DNA from: Perkinsela sp. CCAP 1560/9 | Taxonomy: Eukaryota; Protista; Euglenozoa: Kinetoplastea | Assembly (NCBI GenBank): GCA_965644495.1 | Contig: CBFFSA010000018.1 | Coordinates: 182,952 to 246,951 of the forward strand | DNA length: 64,000 nt | Direction of reading: 5' to 3' | Program-made: the position numbers and the translations under genes | The notes under the pieces: generated by a model | What the model was told of the DNA's origin: nothing | Databases searched by the model: none | Seen by the model: only the letters and a program-made list of their open reading frames with translations | Part shown: positions 10,571 through 21,480 of the stretch, in pieces | Layout of the letters: each line of letters opens with the position of its first letter | Numbering within the stretch: the stretch's first letter is position 1

Positions 10571-11407
10571 TTAAAACCGTAGCTTGACCTTCTCCCCGTA
10601 GAACGCTCCATTCCCTATGTCGCCGCTCGGGGCGGTAGCAAGCCACGTGGGAGTCTCCGCTCCCTCCTCTGCACTTTTCGGGGGATTTTCCCACCCCGCC
10701 ATATCGGTGCGACACCATCCGGGGCAGCAACAGGTGTAGTGGATGTGAGAGGCTTGGTTTCGCGCCAGGACCCGTGTGAGGGCATTCACCCCTAATTTAC
10801 TCACACCATAAGCGGACTGGGACCAACCCTGGGCTGCGTGGTCGTTGGTCTGTGCGAGGGACTGAAACTGACCCATGAGCGTTTTCAGTGCCTCTAAGGA
10901 GAGATCGGGAGAGTCCATTTGGGAGCGTAGAGAAGAGCTGGTGAGTTGACGGAGTCGACCGATACGACTGGATACATTCACCACGCGTACATCCCCCTCT
11001 GTAGATAGCAGTGGGGTGAAATACGTACACATGTGTAGGGTACCAAAGAAATTGATGTCTACCGTGACTTTCGCCTGCGTCGCAAAAGGCTCCGTGGAGT
11101 CGGTTTTATAGGCGAATCCCGCGTTGTTGACGAGAACACGAAAATCACGAGCAGGGTAGGTCCTTTTTTGCATAGCTTCGAACAAGTGGGCTGCCTCCCG
11201 CACACTTTTCTCGCTGGAAATATCTACCGGTAAACACTCTATCTCTGCGTTGGGTGTCTCATGCAGGAGTTGATCTCGCGCGGCCTGAGCATTGGGCAGT
11301 GATCGACACCCCAGAACAATTTTGAAACCCTTGCGAGCAAGATTTCGTGCAATGTAATACCCTATGCCTTTGTTGGCACCTGTGACAATCGCAACCGGAT
11401 GAGACAT
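10571..11407 (-). CDS. Carbonyl reductase-like short-chain dehydrogenase/reductase
   Basis: MSHPVAIVTGANKGIG (TGxxxGxG), LVNNAG, VVNVSS, catalytic YGVSK, CCPGWCRTDM, KSAEEGAETPTWLA. Start set at ATG 11407. Confidence 0.92.
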   Translation of the reverse strand: MSHPVAIVTGANKGIGYYIARNLARKGFKIVLGCRSLPNAQAARDQLLHETPNAEIECLPVDISSEKSVREAAHLFEAMQKRTYPARDFRVLVNNAGFAYKTDSTEPFATQAKVTVDINFFGTLHMCTYFTPLLSTEGDVRVVNVSSRIGRLRQLTSSSLRSQMDSPDLSLEALKTLMGQFQSLAQTNDHAAQGWSQSAYGVSKLGVNALTRVLARNQASHIHYTCCCPGWCRTDMAGWENPPKSAEEGAETPTWLATAPSGDIGNGAFYGEKVKLRF

Positions 11408-11763
11408 GGGGAAAGTTGGAAGTTTAGCAAAGAAAAGGTAGCATGCGGGTGAGAAAAGGAAATATTTCCGACTAGAAAGTTTCAGTACAAACAAGCACAA
11501 ACCATGACGTCGTGATGTAAAAAAAATGCTGAGTAGACATAAATACGAATATACAAGCCTATTTTTAAGTATCCACGAGAAGACTCTCATTTGATGACGG
11601 CCAGAATTTTGAAGCACAGCTTTCGAAATGTGCCCTTTCACCCCAATTAATTTACTGAATACGTATCTTTGATTGAATATACAGTACACCACAGTAGCGT
11701 ACGTGATTTACAATATGTGTGTGAAAGCATCGCTACAAACCCTAGTACATAATGATCAGAAAC

Positions 11764-12183
11764 TTATGAGTGAAACAAATTCGCCGTGTGTCCCCACATG
11801 TGTTGCATCAGTCCCTTGTAACTTTCAAAATCAAAGTTATCGGTGAGGGAGACGTGGCCCAGTAGTGATACCTCCTGAGGTGTCTTCCCGACTTTTAGCA
11901 GAAACTGGTTGTTCACCGAGAACTTCAACTTCTCTGGGTCACCCTGTTCCACAGAGAGAACGAGCGTCTCGCTGGAAAGTGGGCACTCCGTGTGAACTTT
12001 CCAGTTCTCGTGGTCTACTCCTGTGGCACGGCCGAAGAACGTGACGGTTTGGTTACAGAAATCAGGCAGCATGTTTAGCGTGATGCGGGGGATACACCCC
12101 CCCATATCATTCCGTGCTGTGGGTTGGGCCGGAGCGGCGTTTGCCCCGGAGATATAGGGTCCAGTAACAGGCTTTGCGTACAT
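11764..12183 (-). CDS. RPA3: Replication protein A 14-kDa subunit (RPA3)-like OB-fold protein
   Basis: N-terminal PRITLNMLPDFCNQTVTFFG and C-terminal DNFDFESYKGLMQ..LF match the RPA14 pattern. 139 aa. Confidence 0.72.
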   Translation of the reverse strand: MYAKPVTGPYISGANAAPAQPTARNDMGGCIPRITLNMLPDFCNQTVTFFGRATGVDHENWKVHTECPLSSETLVLSVEQGDPEKLKFSVNNQFLLKVGKTPQEVSLLGHVSLTDNFDFESYKGLMQHMWGHTANLFHS

Positions 12184-12377
12184 TTATAGAGAAGACTATG
12201 ACGTAAAAGCAATAGAGAAGAATACAAAATCAAAGGATATTATTCATTTTTCTGGTTAAAATCCCCGTTATCAAGTTTCTATCGTACTCTTCCATTGCAA
12301 TACGATATTTTGTTAGAATACTTATTTGTCACTCCCTATTCACATTTTTTTCTCCGTCAAATATTCACTCCTTTACT

Positions 12378-14270
12378 TTAATCCAACAAACAGTGTACCA
12401 CCACCTCCGGGGACAGTTTCTTCAAATCCTGGTACGTCTGTCCCACCCCTACAAACGCAATCGGCTGTCCATACTGGTACACCATTGACAACGCGGCCCC
12501 CACCTTATCATCAATCGTGTCAAACTTTGTGAGGACAATCGCATCCACCCCTCGAACCCGAGCCCCAGGCGGGGTGTGCCGCACAAAACAGTCGTTAAAC
12601 TGTTGCAGCTGGTGAGCCCCGTCATTCCCCACCAGTGCTTCCCCGACGAATAGCGTAAGATCGGGGGCGTTGGCGTGAATCAGACGCGCCAGGGCACTCA
12701 TCCGTGCCTCATGGTCCTGCATGCGCCCCGCGGTGTCGATCAACACGACATCCACCCCTTCCCGGGTGGCACGAGTAATCGCCGAGGACGCGACCTGGGA
12801 GGCATCCTTGCCGTACCCGAGCGTATGCAAGGGAAGGCCCAAAGCCCGGCAGTGGACCTCGAGCTGCTCCACAGCCCCGCCTCGGAAAGTGTCACACGCC
12901 GCGACGAGTACTTTAAACCCGTGCTGGGTGAGGAGAAACGCGAGCTTGGCAAGGGAGGTGGACTTCCCTACCCCGTTCACCCCACACAGGCACACGACAT
13001 AGGGACGGGGGGAGGAGGAAGAGGAAACAGACTCACGGGATCGTGCGATGTCCCGTATCAGGTTAATCTCTTTCTTCGGGGTGAGTACACGTCGCAGCGC
13101 CTCTTTAAGCTCGCGCTCGACCACCTCGGAGAGGCTGTGGAAGTGAGTCACGCGTCGGCCCTCGAGACTTTTGGAGACGGAGGCGGTGAGCCGATCCGCG
13201 ACCTCCACTGCGACGTTTTTGGAGATGAGTTTATCCCGCAGGAGTGGGAGGACGGTGTCGATCTCTGCCTCCCCGAGAGAACGTTCCCCTCCGAGAGCTC
13301 GGCGAAGAAAGCCGAAGACCCCGCCCGTGTCGTTTGTTTTATTCTTTTCTAGCGTGTCCCACTTCTCTAACTCCACCGGGGCGACCTCTCCTTGGGGGTC
13401 CCGTTGTAAAAGTTGGCTGACAGTGTTGGGGGGCGGAGAGTTTATTGTGTTGTTCTCGTTGTGAATCACATAGTCCTCTTCCCGGCCTTGGGTATCTCCC
13501 CACTGTCGTGGCTTCTTGGGTTTTGCGGTGCCAGGCTTTGCTTTCCGGCCCTCGGGTTTCGCCGGAGTCTCCTTTTCATCCGATATTACTGTGGAAGGGT
13601 TTGCGGGGGGAGGGACGAGGGGTTTGCTAGATTTTCGCACACCATGTCGGCTGATTAACACGCGAGAGATCTTTTTGGGGCCTTCCGCCGGGGGAGAGTC
13701 GAGAGGAACTGTGTCTTCTGTATTTTCGGCAGGAAGGGAGTTCCCTCCGGAGATACCTCCCCCAATTGAGGGAAACGCGGCCTCCGTTTCCGGACTATCT
13801 TCCAGGTCTTGAGTCGCTGCTTCTACTATAGGGACTTCGGCAGTCGTGAGGGTTTCTTCTTGGTCTACGCAAAATATGTTCGTGTCGCTGTGCAGTTCTG
13901 GCTGGAAAGCATCCAGCTCTCGCCGCAGAGACTCACCCAGCGAAGGAGAAACACTCAGTAGAGGTGGACAAGTAGAGGAGGAACACCGGTACCCCCTTAA
14001 AAATAACTTCCGCAGAGACGACAGTAAGTCGTAGGCACACAGTGGCACAGCCTTACGGGTTAGTGCGACAAAGAAGACTTCTTCCTCGTTCCCCATTTGG
14101 TACTGCACTCGGTACTCCCCAGAAAGATATCCGACACGCCCCTCTCCAATGCGCTCCTCCAGCAGTATGTTCTTGACAAACTGATTCACTGGATTACCCT
14201 GTATAGGTCGAGATGTGTGTCGCCACAACACACACCCGCCGAACGAGACAACGGATACCTCATCGATCAT
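12378..14270 (-). CDS. SRPRA: Signal recognition particle receptor alpha subunit
   Basis: SRX N-terminus (MIDEVSVVSFGGCVLW..NQFVKNILLEER). GTPase motifs GVNGVGKSTSLAK, AACDTFRGGAVEQL, DTAGRMQ, FVGEALVGND, TKFDTIDDKVGA, GVGQTYQDL. Confidence 0.95.
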   Translation of the reverse strand: MIDEVSVVSFGGCVLWRHTSRPIQGNPVNQFVKNILLEERIGEGRVGYLSGEYRVQYQMGNEEEVFFVALTRKAVPLCAYDLLSSLRKLFLRGYRCSSSTCPPLLSVSPSLGESLRRELDAFQPELHSDTNIFCVDQEETLTTAEVPIVEAATQDLEDSPETEAAFPSIGGGISGGNSLPAENTEDTVPLDSPPAEGPKKISRVLISRHGVRKSSKPLVPPPANPSTVISDEKETPAKPEGRKAKPGTAKPKKPRQWGDTQGREEDYVIHNENNTINSPPPNTVSQLLQRDPQGEVAPVELEKWDTLEKNKTNDTGGVFGFLRRALGGERSLGEAEIDTVLPLLRDKLISKNVAVEVADRLTASVSKSLEGRRVTHFHSLSEVVERELKEALRRVLTPKKEINLIRDIARSRESVSSSSSPRPYVVCLCGVNGVGKSTSLAKLAFLLTQHGFKVLVAACDTFRGGAVEQLEVHCRALGLPLHTLGYGKDASQVASSAITRATREGVDVVLIDTAGRMQDHEARMSALARLIHANAPDLTLFVGEALVGNDGAHQLQQFNDCFVRHTPPGARVRGVDAIVLTKFDTIDDKVGAALSMVYQYGQPIAFVGVGQTYQDLKKLSPEVVVHCLLD

Positions 14271-14355
14271 GTTGGAGGCAGAATAGTGGCAAAATATCAG
14301 CGTTTCTACGCAATCAGTAAATTTTATCAGCGTTTTTATGTAATATTTCCATGTA

Positions 14356-15096
14356 CCGTCCCCCCCTATTTAGTGTTTAGTAGAATTGGTCAAAATTAAA
14401 CACTAAGTAGGGGAGAGGAAAGATCAATGAAAAAGACGTGAAAAACAGATAAAAAATGAAAAAATGAGGGGAAAAAAACGGCGCCGCTTTGCGGCGCCGT
14501 GTTCGTTGATACCGAAACTACTCTCGAAAACTTTCGAAACGAACCAGCTGATGTTCTCCGCGTTTCAGGCTCCATGAAATCCTCCACACTCTTTCAAGAG
14601 TTCCAATCTTTCTTTTAGTCTTGCAGAGCTTGTTAAGCAGCCTCTTGATAATTGCATCCTTGGCATTGATTTTTTCTCCAAGGACTTCAATTGTTCGTCA
14701 CTTGGATCTGAAATTAATTGTGGAACGGGTGCTTCCTTTTCAGGGGACAAAGAGTCAAGGCTGACATCGTCATCAGCTCCGCGCGATACATCGGAGTTAA
14801 GACCCTTTATTTCCTCTACCGCTGCTAAAAGCTTTGCGTCTCACCCAGGCGACAATGGTCCATTTCCTTGCGCTTCGGCACTATTTTTTCGGTGTTCTCT
14901 GTGGTAATCTGAGTATGCCTAAAAATAAATAAACTAAAAACGAGTCTCGCAGCTCTTTCAAGGTTGGTCCCATTTTTCGTGAACGGCGTTGTACAAAAAA
15001 AATCGGCGCCGCTTCCCGGCGCCAAGTTCTGCGAAGCCTTGAAATTAAACACTAAATAGGGGGGGCAAGGTACTAAATAGTAAATGGGGGGGACGG
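14356..15096. mobile_element. TA-flanked MITE with CCGTCCCCCCC termini
   Basis: ta|CCGTCCCCCCCTATTTAGT ... TAAATGGGGGGGACGG|ta. Subterminal ACTAAATAGGGGGGG copy. Two internal GGCGCCGCTT...GGCGCC hairpins. Confidence 0.8.
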
Positions 15097-15197
15097 TAAT
15101 TATTTTTAAAAAAAATCTTTGCCGAACTTTGAGACCAAAGGTTTTCAACTGTCCATAGGAGGGGTGTAACAAACAATAATCTATTTCCTGTTTTTTG

Positions 15198-15962
15198 TCA
15201 CAATTGGTCTCTCATTACAAAAGGAATATTGGGAACTTGGAATTTCTTATGTAACTGAACGCATTTAGGAGGCGGGTCGGGTATCACCCCCTGAAACGCG
15301 TTGTTATACACATTCAAGTGCAGCATGGCATCCGTTAGATGGCTCACATCAAGTTCTCCGCTCAGTTTGTTCCAACTCAAATCAATCCTTTGCAAAAGCC
15401 CGGGAAGAGTAGAAAGATCAATGTTTCCCTCAAACGAGTTAAATTCCAGATGTAGCTCACGTAGCCTGGGAGGCAGATTACGGAGGTTGAGCTCTCCTAC
15501 AAATTTATTGTTCCCGAAATAGCACACGGCCATGGCAACGGGCAAATTTTCTATATCTAGAGGTCCAGAAAATTTGTTGCCGTTAGCCAATATTACCTGA
15601 AGCCCACTGGGCAACTCATTGCAAAGGAATGAACCCTCGAGCTGGTTGCCATGTATCAGAAGAACGGAAGTAATGGAAGGAAGCGATGCCCAGTTCAGCT
15701 TACCACGAAGAGATATCGAACCAAACTGTAGTTCCAGTTTGTCTTGCGTGCGCATTTCGGCCTTATACCAGCTTGCGATCGGATTGGCCGCATTCCACGA
15801 CGCGGGCTGCCCTGTGACGTTACGCAAAAAGAGTTCTAAAGCGACCTCCACGGGGAGAGTGTTACCTCGAATTTTACCTCTTCTACCCGAAGAAACTGTG
15901 TTAGATCCTGTTTTAAGTCGCCGATCCTCGGAATCTTTGGTGTGGAGAAAAAGTAAGTACAT
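15198..15962 (-). CDS. Leucine-rich repeat protein (same family as 6033 and 26459)
   Basis: Repeats such as LPSGLQVILANGNKFSGPLDIENLP and LPPRLRELHLEFNSFEGNIDLSTLP. Confidence 0.85.
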   Translation of the reverse strand: MYLLFLHTKDSEDRRLKTGSNTVSSGRRGKIRGNTLPVEVALELFLRNVTGQPASWNAANPIASWYKAEMRTQDKLELQFGSISLRGKLNWASLPSITSVLLIHGNQLEGSFLCNELPSGLQVILANGNKFSGPLDIENLPVAMAVCYFGNNKFVGELNLRNLPPRLRELHLEFNSFEGNIDLSTLPGLLQRIDLSWNKLSGELDVSHLTDAMLHLNVYNNAFQGVIPDPPPKCVQLHKKFQVPNIPFVMRDQL

Positions 15963-16147
15963 GTTTTACAGATAGTGAGTTATCCAAAAAGTGCGATTCT
16001 AAAGAAAAATTCCTACGATTAAGAAAAAAACGTCAAAATAGAGATGGGCCTGTTTGATTGATGCTATTTATTTGTAACTACTGCAAGTATAAAACATAAA
16101 TCCCAAGTTGAAGCACTTCATAGGATTCTTGCCTATCTACCTGTATA

Positions 16148-18106
16148 TTACCTTCTCGACACTTTTGTGCGCGATAATCTTCTTGGTCTGGATCCTCCTC
16201 TTGTGCCATAAAACGGCGTTTTCTCTTCATTATTCCTTTTCAGAGACTTATCATGTGTGTTGGCATCCTCGGTACCTTCTTCATCCCTCTCCACCGGCCG
16301 TACACCAAAGAAACGATAAACGCTTGCCTTGATTTGTCTTGCTGACATCCGCCGTGGAGGTCGCCTATCACTTCCTACCGTCTTAAGATCCTCACGTTGC
16401 TTCTCCTTCTCCCGATCACGAACAAATTTTTCCAGGTAACGAATGGACACCCAGGACAGTCGTCGATGACGGGCGAACATTTCCAAATGATCTCTATCCA
16501 TCGGAATTAGTTTTCCAGATCGAGGAGGACGTACAACCCGTGGTGTGGAGGGATCTTTTACCGATATTGCGGAGTCCGATGACACGGGCTTGCCATCAGC
16601 TTCACTACCAGAAGCAGAGCGTCGAGATGCTAATTTCTCCGCTTTATACTGCATCAAAGCTTCCATATCGGCCTGCGCCTTTTGTTTGCGCTCCGCCTGG
16701 TCTTGTATGCGCTGCTCGGAGAGCTCAATCCTTTCCCGCACCTCCTGGTCCCAGCCCGCCGGTAGGGCTTTTTGAATCCCCTCCCACACCTCCACCTTAC
16801 GCCGTTTCATGGTTTGATACAGCCGCCGGGCCGCGGACTCCTTCTTTAGCAAAATAAACCCCTTCAACAGCAAATTCAACGTCCCGGGATTCCCCTTCAC
16901 ATGAAGCTTATGCATCTCCTGCAACACGAACGGGGTCTCCTCCCAATGCCCACTCTTCTCACACGCCATCAACAGGTACCAGAACGTGTACGGGCACGGG
17001 GTAACCCCACTCCCCAGCAGCCCACGGTAGGCACTAAACGCGGCCAACGGGTCCGCGCTCCTCGCGAACGCCTCCAGGATCGCGTCCATGAGAAACACGT
17101 CCACCGGGACGGCGTACATCCGGGCAATGAACCCCACCGCCTCCTCGGTGTGCCCGTTGCGCACGAGGGCGCGGATCAGCGTGGTGCACATCCCCTCGTC
17201 GGGCTGCACCCCGAGACGGTGCCGCGCGTCGACGAAGCGGGCGAGCGCTACGTGGGTCGCGCCGTTGAGGCCGCAGAGGTCGAAGTAGTGGGTGTAGGTG
17301 TAGCGGGTGGGGGTGAGGGCGTGGCGGTCGGCGTCGAGCATGAGGCGGTGGGCGCGGGCCTCCGCCCGGGGGTCCGCGACCCGGGTGCGCCCGAGGGCAC
17401 ACATGAGGTACTCGAGGAGCTTGGCCGTGGGGGAGGCGAACCCGGCCTTCATGTGGTGGTACATGCGGAACATGAGCTCGGTGTGGGGGAAGGGGGTGCC
17501 GCGGTGGTAGGGGGTGGAGAGCATGAGTTCGAACATGTCCTCATAGGTGGGGGGACGGAGTTGGAGGGCATTGGCGGTGACGTCACGGAAGAGCTCCGCG
17601 AGACGGAGGACTTTCTCCTGTGGGGGGAGGTGGGAGGTTATGGTGACAAACACGGCACGGGTGGCACGGGTGAACTGCTGGTTGCGCTGAGCCCATGCGT
17701 GGGTCTCGTCAGGATGGGTTGGGGAATTCCGACGCTGGTGTTCTGAGAGACGTCCACCCCATTGGGCCCCGACGTCACGGTCACGGACAGGTTCGGTACT
17801 ACTGGGAAAAGAAAAGGAGGAGAAAAAAGAGGGGATGGGCGTCTCGCGCCGGGGGTACGAAGCGGTGGGTGTGGCCGTCGAGCTCTGACCGTCATCGGGA
17901 AGGTCGTCCAACTGTGTGGGAAACGACGCACGAGCGGATGAGTCCTCTGGGGTGTGTAAACAGGGGATAGCAGTGTCGTGCTTGTGGCGTAGCAATGGGG
18001 TAGAGGAGAGAAAAGCGGTGCGTCGGGTGGAGAACGATTGCCTACGCACAGAGGAGAAATTTGGGTTCGTGAGAAAATGAAGCGAAGGACATCTGCCTCC
18101 GTGCAT
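16148..18106 (-). CDS. Pentatricopeptide repeat (PPR) protein, probably mitochondrial
   Basis: About 35-aa repeats: PTRYTYTHYF, PDEGMCTTLIRALVRNGHTEEA, VDVFLMDAILEAFA, PCPYTFWYLLMACEKSG, GNPGTLNLLLKG. Arg/Ser-rich N-terminus. Confidence 0.85.
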   Translation of the reverse strand: MHGGRCPSLHFLTNPNFSSVRRQSFSTRRTAFLSSTPLLRHKHDTAIPCLHTPEDSSARASFPTQLDDLPDDGQSSTATPTASYPRRETPIPSFFSSFSFPSSTEPVRDRDVGAQWGGRLSEHQRRNSPTHPDETHAWAQRNQQFTRATRAVFVTITSHLPPQEKVLRLAELFRDVTANALQLRPPTYEDMFELMLSTPYHRGTPFPHTELMFRMYHHMKAGFASPTAKLLEYLMCALGRTRVADPRAEARAHRLMLDADRHALTPTRYTYTHYFDLCGLNGATHVALARFVDARHRLGVQPDEGMCTTLIRALVRNGHTEEAVGFIARMYAVPVDVFLMDAILEAFARSADPLAAFSAYRGLLGSGVTPCPYTFWYLLMACEKSGHWEETPFVLQEMHKLHVKGNPGTLNLLLKGFILLKKESAARRLYQTMKRRKVEVWEGIQKALPAGWDQEVRERIELSEQRIQDQAERKQKAQADMEALMQYKAEKLASRRSASGSEADGKPVSSDSAISVKDPSTPRVVRPPRSGKLIPMDRDHLEMFARHRRLSWVSIRYLEKFVRDREKEKQREDLKTVGSDRRPPRRMSARQIKASVYRFFGVRPVERDEEGTEDANTHDKSLKRNNEEKTPFYGTRGGSRPRRLSRTKVSRR

Positions 18107-18394
18107 AGAAGATTAAGAGGATAAGCACGAGCTACGTTTAAATTTGAATAGAACTTACAGTGAAAGTCAACGTGCGTTCAATATTTGCTTCTCTTATTTT
18201 TACCTGCGTATTGTGTATGGTTACGTAACGTCTTTGATTGCGTTTTCTTCAGTTTCTTCAGTTCAAGAATAAAAAACAAGAATAAAGAATATTGCCCATG
18301 CGGAAATCATATCATTTGATTAATTGATGTGTCTTGTTCAACCGAGTAGGGAATTTCTCTTGGATCGCTTACTTCTTGAATACTTATCTCTTTC

Positions 18395-18688
18395 CTACTT
18401 TGGAGGGTTCAACGCAAGACCACACTTTCCGCAGGATCGTCGATCTTTGTGCTTTGCAAGGTACACCCCGGGACCACAATTTGGGCATTCCATTCGGGTA
18501 CGGGTGACTCTTAGCATATCCCCTTCTCCCTCAACTTGAAAGTATTTCAGGATCGCGAGTTTTACAGTCTTATGCTTGTGACGAGCAATGATCTTCCCCG
18601 TCAATGGCTTCTTCTTCTTTTTCTTTGCCTTTCCTCCCAGGAGACTACTTTGAACGGGAGGAGAAAGCGAGAACGCGTCGGAGGGCAT
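18395..18688 (-). CDS. RPS27A: 40S ribosomal protein eS31/S27a without a ubiquitin domain
   Basis: KAKKKKKK..KHKTVKLAILKYF and C4 finger ECPNCGPGVYLAKHKDRRSCGKC. First in-frame ATG at 18688 gives a 19-aa leader ending LLGG. Confidence 0.9.
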   Translation of the reverse strand: MPSDAFSLSPPVQSSLLGGKAKKKKKKPLTGKIIARHKHKTVKLAILKYFQVEGEGDMLRVTRTRMECPNCGPGVYLAKHKDRRSCGKCGLALNPPK

Positions 18689-19127
18689 AATACACTTTAT
18701 GAAACCAAAATAGAAACCTTGAAATAAATGCAAACGATTTTTTTCTAACGCAGTAGCACGACCTTCTGACTCAAAGCAAACACCGCGCTTTGATAAAGGG
18801 ATAGAAAACGATTTATAGTGTAAAAGACTTACAATTTTGAGACTCCACACTAATGAAAGTGAAAAGAAGGCTTACGGTACCAATTTTAGACTCTTTTGGT
18901 CCTTTTCTTCATAGGGAGGGGGCTAGAATCCCCCTATATTAAATCTCTCAAATTCTCACATGGTGTAATAAATTGATTTCGCATAAATTCAAAGCATCTG
19001 CAAAAAGAGAAAACGCGCTATGTCAAACTTGCGACGTTTTATTCGAACCATCTGCAGCACTAAATTTTTTGTTTAGTGTATACGCGCTGAGCTCTTGACA
19101 TGTCAAACAGATCGTGAGCTTACAAGT

Positions 19128-19469
19128 CTATTCCGCCTCACTGTTAAATATCTTCTTTCGTGCCGCTTGATAGGTAAGCTCTACTTCATACCGACTATAA
19201 GGAACGGATTTTCTCACCTCAAATAGAGGAGATTGCTGATATTCCACAGCACTGGTTAATGAGGTAGTGCTTAACGAATTTTCGAGAGTTTTGGAAAAAT
19301 GTTCCAATGAGTCAGAGGTATCTTTGCTCCGTTGCAAAGTCCGGGTTGCGGAAGGCATCTGTGCACTACTGTTCGACTTTGAATACAAAGATTGCAAGTC
19401 ATCGTTTTCCGCATCGTACGGAAGTTCCACTTTTGTACCCCGACTTCGTGCTGCTTTATTTTTCCCCAT
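19128..19469 (-). CDS. Hypothetical protein (113 aa)
   Basis: ATG-started ORF on the cluster strand with plausible composition; no recognised motif. Confidence 0.45.
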   Translation of the reverse strand: MGKNKAARSRGTKVELPYDAENDDLQSLYSKSNSSAQMPSATRTLQRSKDTSDSLEHFSKTLENSLSTTSLTSAVEYQQSPLFEVRKSVPYSRYEVELTYQAARKKIFNSEAE

Positions 19470-19895
19470 TCGGTGTACGTCGTTCCATATAGTCTACTTA
19501 TTCAAAACTTATTCAAAAACGTCTTACCAGGCTATCGTAAAACGCAAAAAGTATAGATGACGTAGAAAACTTTTCAATAATTAGAAAGAAAAATTCAGTT
19601 ACTTGAAGAATTTTGTAATGATTCAGTAATTTCATAATAATGTATTACAGTTTCTAGGAAGAAATGATATTACTTTTTTTGCAAACACACGGTTGGATCC
19701 GACCTTACGTATCCAACGCATAGTTGTTACCAACGTTTTTGATCCGGAAGAACGTTTTGATTCAAAAGCGAACCTTACCTACCCCAATGATTTTCCCCCG
19801 CTCGACTAGGTCCTAGTAGGATACAGAGCGGAAAAAATGGCGAAAATGTCTACCGCAGTACAAGCACTGTTCGGTAGGGCATCACCGTTGAGGTG

Positions 19896-20801
19896 TCAGA
19901 AGGAAACCGTTGTGGGAACGCCAAAGCAACAAAGTGCAAGCACGACAAGCGCGTATTCCGTAATGGTCCAAACAGAAATAATGCAGTTCGTAAGGAAGTT
20001 TGCGCAAAAATCATAGAAAGAGCTTTCGGTGTTTGCGGAACCACGTGGCTTTGCGGAGCGAAATGACTGTTCTTTAAACGAATTGTCAGCAGGATGCGAA
20101 GTTTCCAAGGTGGGGGGAAAAGTCGGATCTCGTACTTTTTTTGAAGCTGTTTCGGGAGTTGATAGATGGATATTTATTGCGTTCGGAAACAATGGGGTGG
20201 GAGCTTTTTTGTTAACACTCGCATCATCCTTGGTGCCCTCAGAAAGTGCGAAAGGGGGCTCAAAGGCTAAATCACCACATACGAATGAGTGCAGCTCGGT
20301 ATCAGATGCGCATCTGTGAAGCCCAGGGCTTCGGAGAGATGGTACCGAAGTGGCCAGGGGGTGTAGTAGTGAGCATCGGTTTTGTGATGGCATGTTCCGA
20401 ATTTCCGGAGTGCGTTGGGTGTGAAAAGTTTCCTGAGGAAAACGAGCGTGTGATCGCTGTGAAGGCCACGGGGTGTCCTGTCGGCCCTGGTACAAAAAAC
20501 GGTTAGTATCCGGTTGGTACTTGGGAGTGTGAGAAAAGTGTCGTATAGGAGAGAAGTTCGCGCCAGGCGTGCAAGGAAGTGGTGTCGCCCATAGCCCAGA
20601 CGGGCTCATACATAAAGAGGAGAGATCCGCGTCTTCGTTTTGTGTTGAGCAGGATGTACTATTATCTGCAAGAAACGTCGTGCTATTTCGTTTCCTCAAT
20701 GTTGCATCCTCCATGTTTAGGACTGCTAGCAGCGATAAGATGGCCAGAAGTAAAGGCGTCACGGATTGACGTGCTCGAATGCGCGGTGTATTTAAATACA
20801 T
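19896..20801 (-). CDS. Hypothetical protein (301 aa) with hydrophobic segments at both ends
   Basis: Long ORF on the cluster strand; mostly low-complexity or disordered. Confidence 0.5.
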   Translation of the reverse strand: MYLNTPRIRARQSVTPLLLAILSLLAVLNMEDATLRKRNSTTFLADNSTSCSTQNEDADLSSLCMSPSGLWATPLPCTPGANFSPIRHFSHTPKYQPDTNRFLYQGRQDTPWPSQRSHARFPQETFHTQRTPEIRNMPSQNRCSLLHPLATSVPSLRSPGLHRCASDTELHSFVCGDLAFEPPFALSEGTKDDASVNKKAPTPLFPNAINIHLSTPETASKKVRDPTFPPTLETSHPADNSFKEQSFRSAKPRGSANTESSFYDFCANFLTNCIISVWTITEYALVVLALCCFGVPTTVSF

Positions 20802-21480
20802 GATTCTAATGTATAATTAAATACACGATTCTAATGTCCATTATGAAAAATACATTATGAAGATTGTAATGACATACGCTGTACTCATATTGCGATGGTA
20901 GTTCCAATTCCACCATATTGTCTACTCCCCCAGTGAAAAAAAAAATTGTATTGTCTCTTTACACACTATTTAGATAAAAATTACTCTTTAAGTCTAAAAC
21001 TCTCTATGAATCGTCTGGGGTGCATAATGTTTTCATTCTTGGTGTTTCTCAGCTCAATCTTTCAAAAAACGGAAGAAAATGTGCCTATATGTCCTTAGAA
21101 ACACTTTTGCGGGCGAATGCACCCCGTATTATCTGTGGCGAGATACCACGTAAAAACAAACGTTTCAAGAAGACGGTATAAAATGCCATTTAACGGTTCC
21201 CAAGTTTTGGCCTTTTTCCTCTCTTAATCCTGCCTAGTCGCCAAATTGCGTATTTGGCGACTCATTACTCAGCAAATGTCGCCGCTTTTTTCAGATGCAC
21301 TCCGATATTATGAAACCTGCGTTAATTTTTAACGTTCCACATAGTCTCAGCACGCGAATGAGGTAATCCATTTATCTTGTTTAGTGAGGGAACTTCATGT
21401 CGACGAAGATCAACCGGTTCATTTGAAATCTGAGATTACCACTGATGATCTTACAGGGCATCGATGAATTTTATTGCGTA

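Noticed and set aside
14565-14750. Transposase remnant inside the 14356-15096 MITE
   Set aside because: Short fragment with no DDE or HTH motif that I can recognise.
16901-17746. Antisense ORFs over the PPR, SRPRA (12675-13352) and Tc-38 (8570-9133) genes
   Set aside because: Shadows of GC-rich codon usage or repeats on the true coding strand.
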